Shown here piece by piece: positions 61,965-64,000 of a stretch of 64,000 bases of DNA. The stretch comes from Macrostomum lignano. Lineage: Eukaryota. The stretch's first letter is position 1, and every line of letters begins with the position of its first letter. Under the pieces are notes generated by a model that saw nothing but the letters and a program-made list of their open reading frames with translations, was not told the DNA's origin and made no database searches. The translations under genes were made by a program, and so were the position numbers. Location of the stretch: positions 620,001 to 684,000 of the forward strand of contig NIVC01000038.1 in NCBI GenBank assembly GCA_002269645.1, read 5' to 3'.

Positions 61965-62160
61965 CACAGTAAAGTGTACATGCCTAACGATAAATAAAGT
62001 TAGGGCCGCGCTGTACACTCCTGTGAGTGTGCGCCTATGCGTATGACTGCGTACGATCCGCGCTTTTGTTTTCCTGCTTAAGGAAGTGGGCGAAATGGGC
62101 CGGCAGTAATGCCTCTCGCCGGTTGAAGGACAATTTCGCTGAAAGTGCACCAGGGTGCAG
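61965..62160 (+). repeat. Unassigned dispersed repeat, copy 6 of 6
   Basis: See the copy at 49300. Confidence 0.75.
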
Positions 62161-62631
62161 ACAGCACCCTGACTTCAACTATATTACTAACTGGTGGAGT
62201 CTTGTGGAGTCTAATGAAGTTTGATGAAGTCATGGGCGCCTAGGGGAGCCTGGGGGAGTTTGAGAGTCCAGATAAAATCCGAGAGAGTCTGAGAGAGTGC
62301 CTGAGGGAATTAGAGAGAGTCTGTGGCTCAAACAACAGACCCAGTTGCTCCTAGCAGAGCCCGATAAGTACGAAGTCACTGCGCAGTAATCTGAGTTGGC
62401 CCCGTGAGTCTGGGAATTGCACAGGTGCCCACTTGCTTGGAGAGTATTCTCTTTGAGGAGAAACGGATCTTGAAGAAGATGGCTGTTAATTACAGGAAAC
62501 TAATTTGTTCGCTTTTAGCGGAAGCTGAGGGAAATCTCTTGATGTATTTTTCCTAGAGTTGTGACTCCCATTTTTCATGCATTAATTCAAGTATTTTTAT
62601 TTTCGATGATATAGCAAGCCAGATCAAAGCA

Positions 62632-62644
62632 GACAAAGACAGAA

Positions 62645-62680
<36 letters not shown>

Positions 62681-62736
62681 TGACTGACTGACTGACTGAC
62701 TGACTGACTGACAGACAGACAGACAGACAGACAGAC

Positions 62737-62773
<37 letters not shown>

Positions 62774-62774
62774 C

Positions 62775-62829
<55 letters not shown>

Positions 62830-62830
62830 C

Positions 62831-62912
<82 letters not shown>

Positions 62913-62980
62913 TAATAGACTGACTGACTGACAGACAGACAGACAGACAGACAGTCAGACAGACAGACAGACAGACAGGC

Positions 62981-63041
<61 letters not shown>

Positions 63042-63124
63042 GGCAGACAGACAGATAGACAGACAGACAGACAGACACTCTCACACAGACAGACAGACAG
63101 ACAGACAGACAGATAGACAGACAC

Positions 63125-63183
<59 letters not shown>

Positions 63184-63202
63184 GTCAGACAGACAGATAC
63201 TA

Positions 63203-63255
<53 letters not shown>

Positions 63256-63258
63256 GGC

Positions 63259-63299
<41 letters not shown>

Positions 63300-63300
63300 G
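62632..63300. repeat. (GACA)n microsatellite with (GACT) and (CA) interruptions near the acceptor end of HRH1 intron 3
   Basis: Directly visible; two similar sub-blocks. Confidence 0.99.
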
Positions 63301-63412
63301 GGTGTGGGGTATGGGGAACAGGGTGTGGGGTATGGGGAACAGGGTGTGGGGTTGGGTGAGTAATCACGTTTGTTTCTAACGCCACGGATATCAAATTGGA
63401 TTTACAACTCAG

Positions 63413-63691
63413 GTGTACACAATCCCGGAGATGGAATGCGACCCCGAGTACAAGGAGAGCTTCCCGCTCAAGGTGGTCACTGGGATTTTTAACTTCTTTA
63501 TCCCATTATTCGTCATGTACTTTCTGTACGGCCGGATTTTTCTGGAGATCAGAAAGAGGTCTGATTTGGAGAAATTTCAAAGCATGCGTCGGAATGGGGG
63601 CCGCCACACTGGCGGCGGGTCGCGATGCTGCCGGGACGAGCTGGAATCCACGACCATCGCCAATGGAGGCGGCAGTGGGAGCCCTAGAAAC
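63413..63691 (+). CDS. HRH1: Histamine H1-like GPCR, exon 4 (ECL2, TM5, start of ICL3); gene continues past the window
   Basis: actcag|VYTIPEMECDPEYKESFPLKVVTGIFNFFIPLFVMYFLYGRIFLEIRKR...N|gtgagt. Confidence 0.93.
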
Positions 63692-63704
63692 GTGAGTTGA
63701 CAGC

Positions 63705-64000
63705 ATAGTTTATGATTTTTACGAGCCTATGCGTTCATGAGTTTATAAGCCCATTATAATTTGAGTTTATAATTTCATGAGTTTATTGGTTCATGAGTTT
63801 ACGTGTTCATGAGTTTATGAGTTTATGAGCTTATGAGTTCATGAGTTTATGTGTTCATGAGTTTATAAGCCCATTATAATTTGAGTTTATGATTTCATGA
63901 GTTTATGAGTTTATGAGTTTATGTGTTTATGAGTTTATGATTTCATGAGTTTATGAGTTTATGTGTTTATGAGTTTATGATTTCATGAGTTTATGAGTTT
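63705..64000. repeat. AT-rich ~8-bp satellite (GAGTTTAT) starting right after the exon 4 donor
   Basis: Directly visible; runs to the window end. Confidence 0.93.

Overview
Eukaryotic (metazoan) genomic DNA. It has spliced GT-AG genes, very dense tandem repeats and nested transposons. The style resembles a free-living flatworm such as Macrostomum, but that is inference only. Four host genes can be reconstructed: (1) a SUN1-like nuclear-envelope protein on the minus strand (5 exons, running off the left edge) with an exceptionally long luminal coiled coil; (2) LRRC34 (minus, 2 exons, 418 aa); (3) an intronless CD36/SR-B scavenger receptor (plus, 535 aa); (4) the first four coding exons of a histamine H1-like GPCR (plus, running off the right edge). 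Also present are a frameshifted ankyrin-like gene, an orphan GPCR-like exon, a defective Gypsy element, a solo LTR, a Merlin derivative, several MITEs, a tRNA-derived SINE, an unassigned dispersed repeat (6 copies), a local tandem duplication and about 20 satellite arrays. The most striking pattern is that nearly every larger intron carries its own satellite against a splice site. Some units are reiterated splice signals, including a 49-bp unit that repeats CAG|GTGAGT about 17 times. Some array pairs are mutually complementary across an intron or an exon. All alignments and translations were done by eye; no database searches were run.
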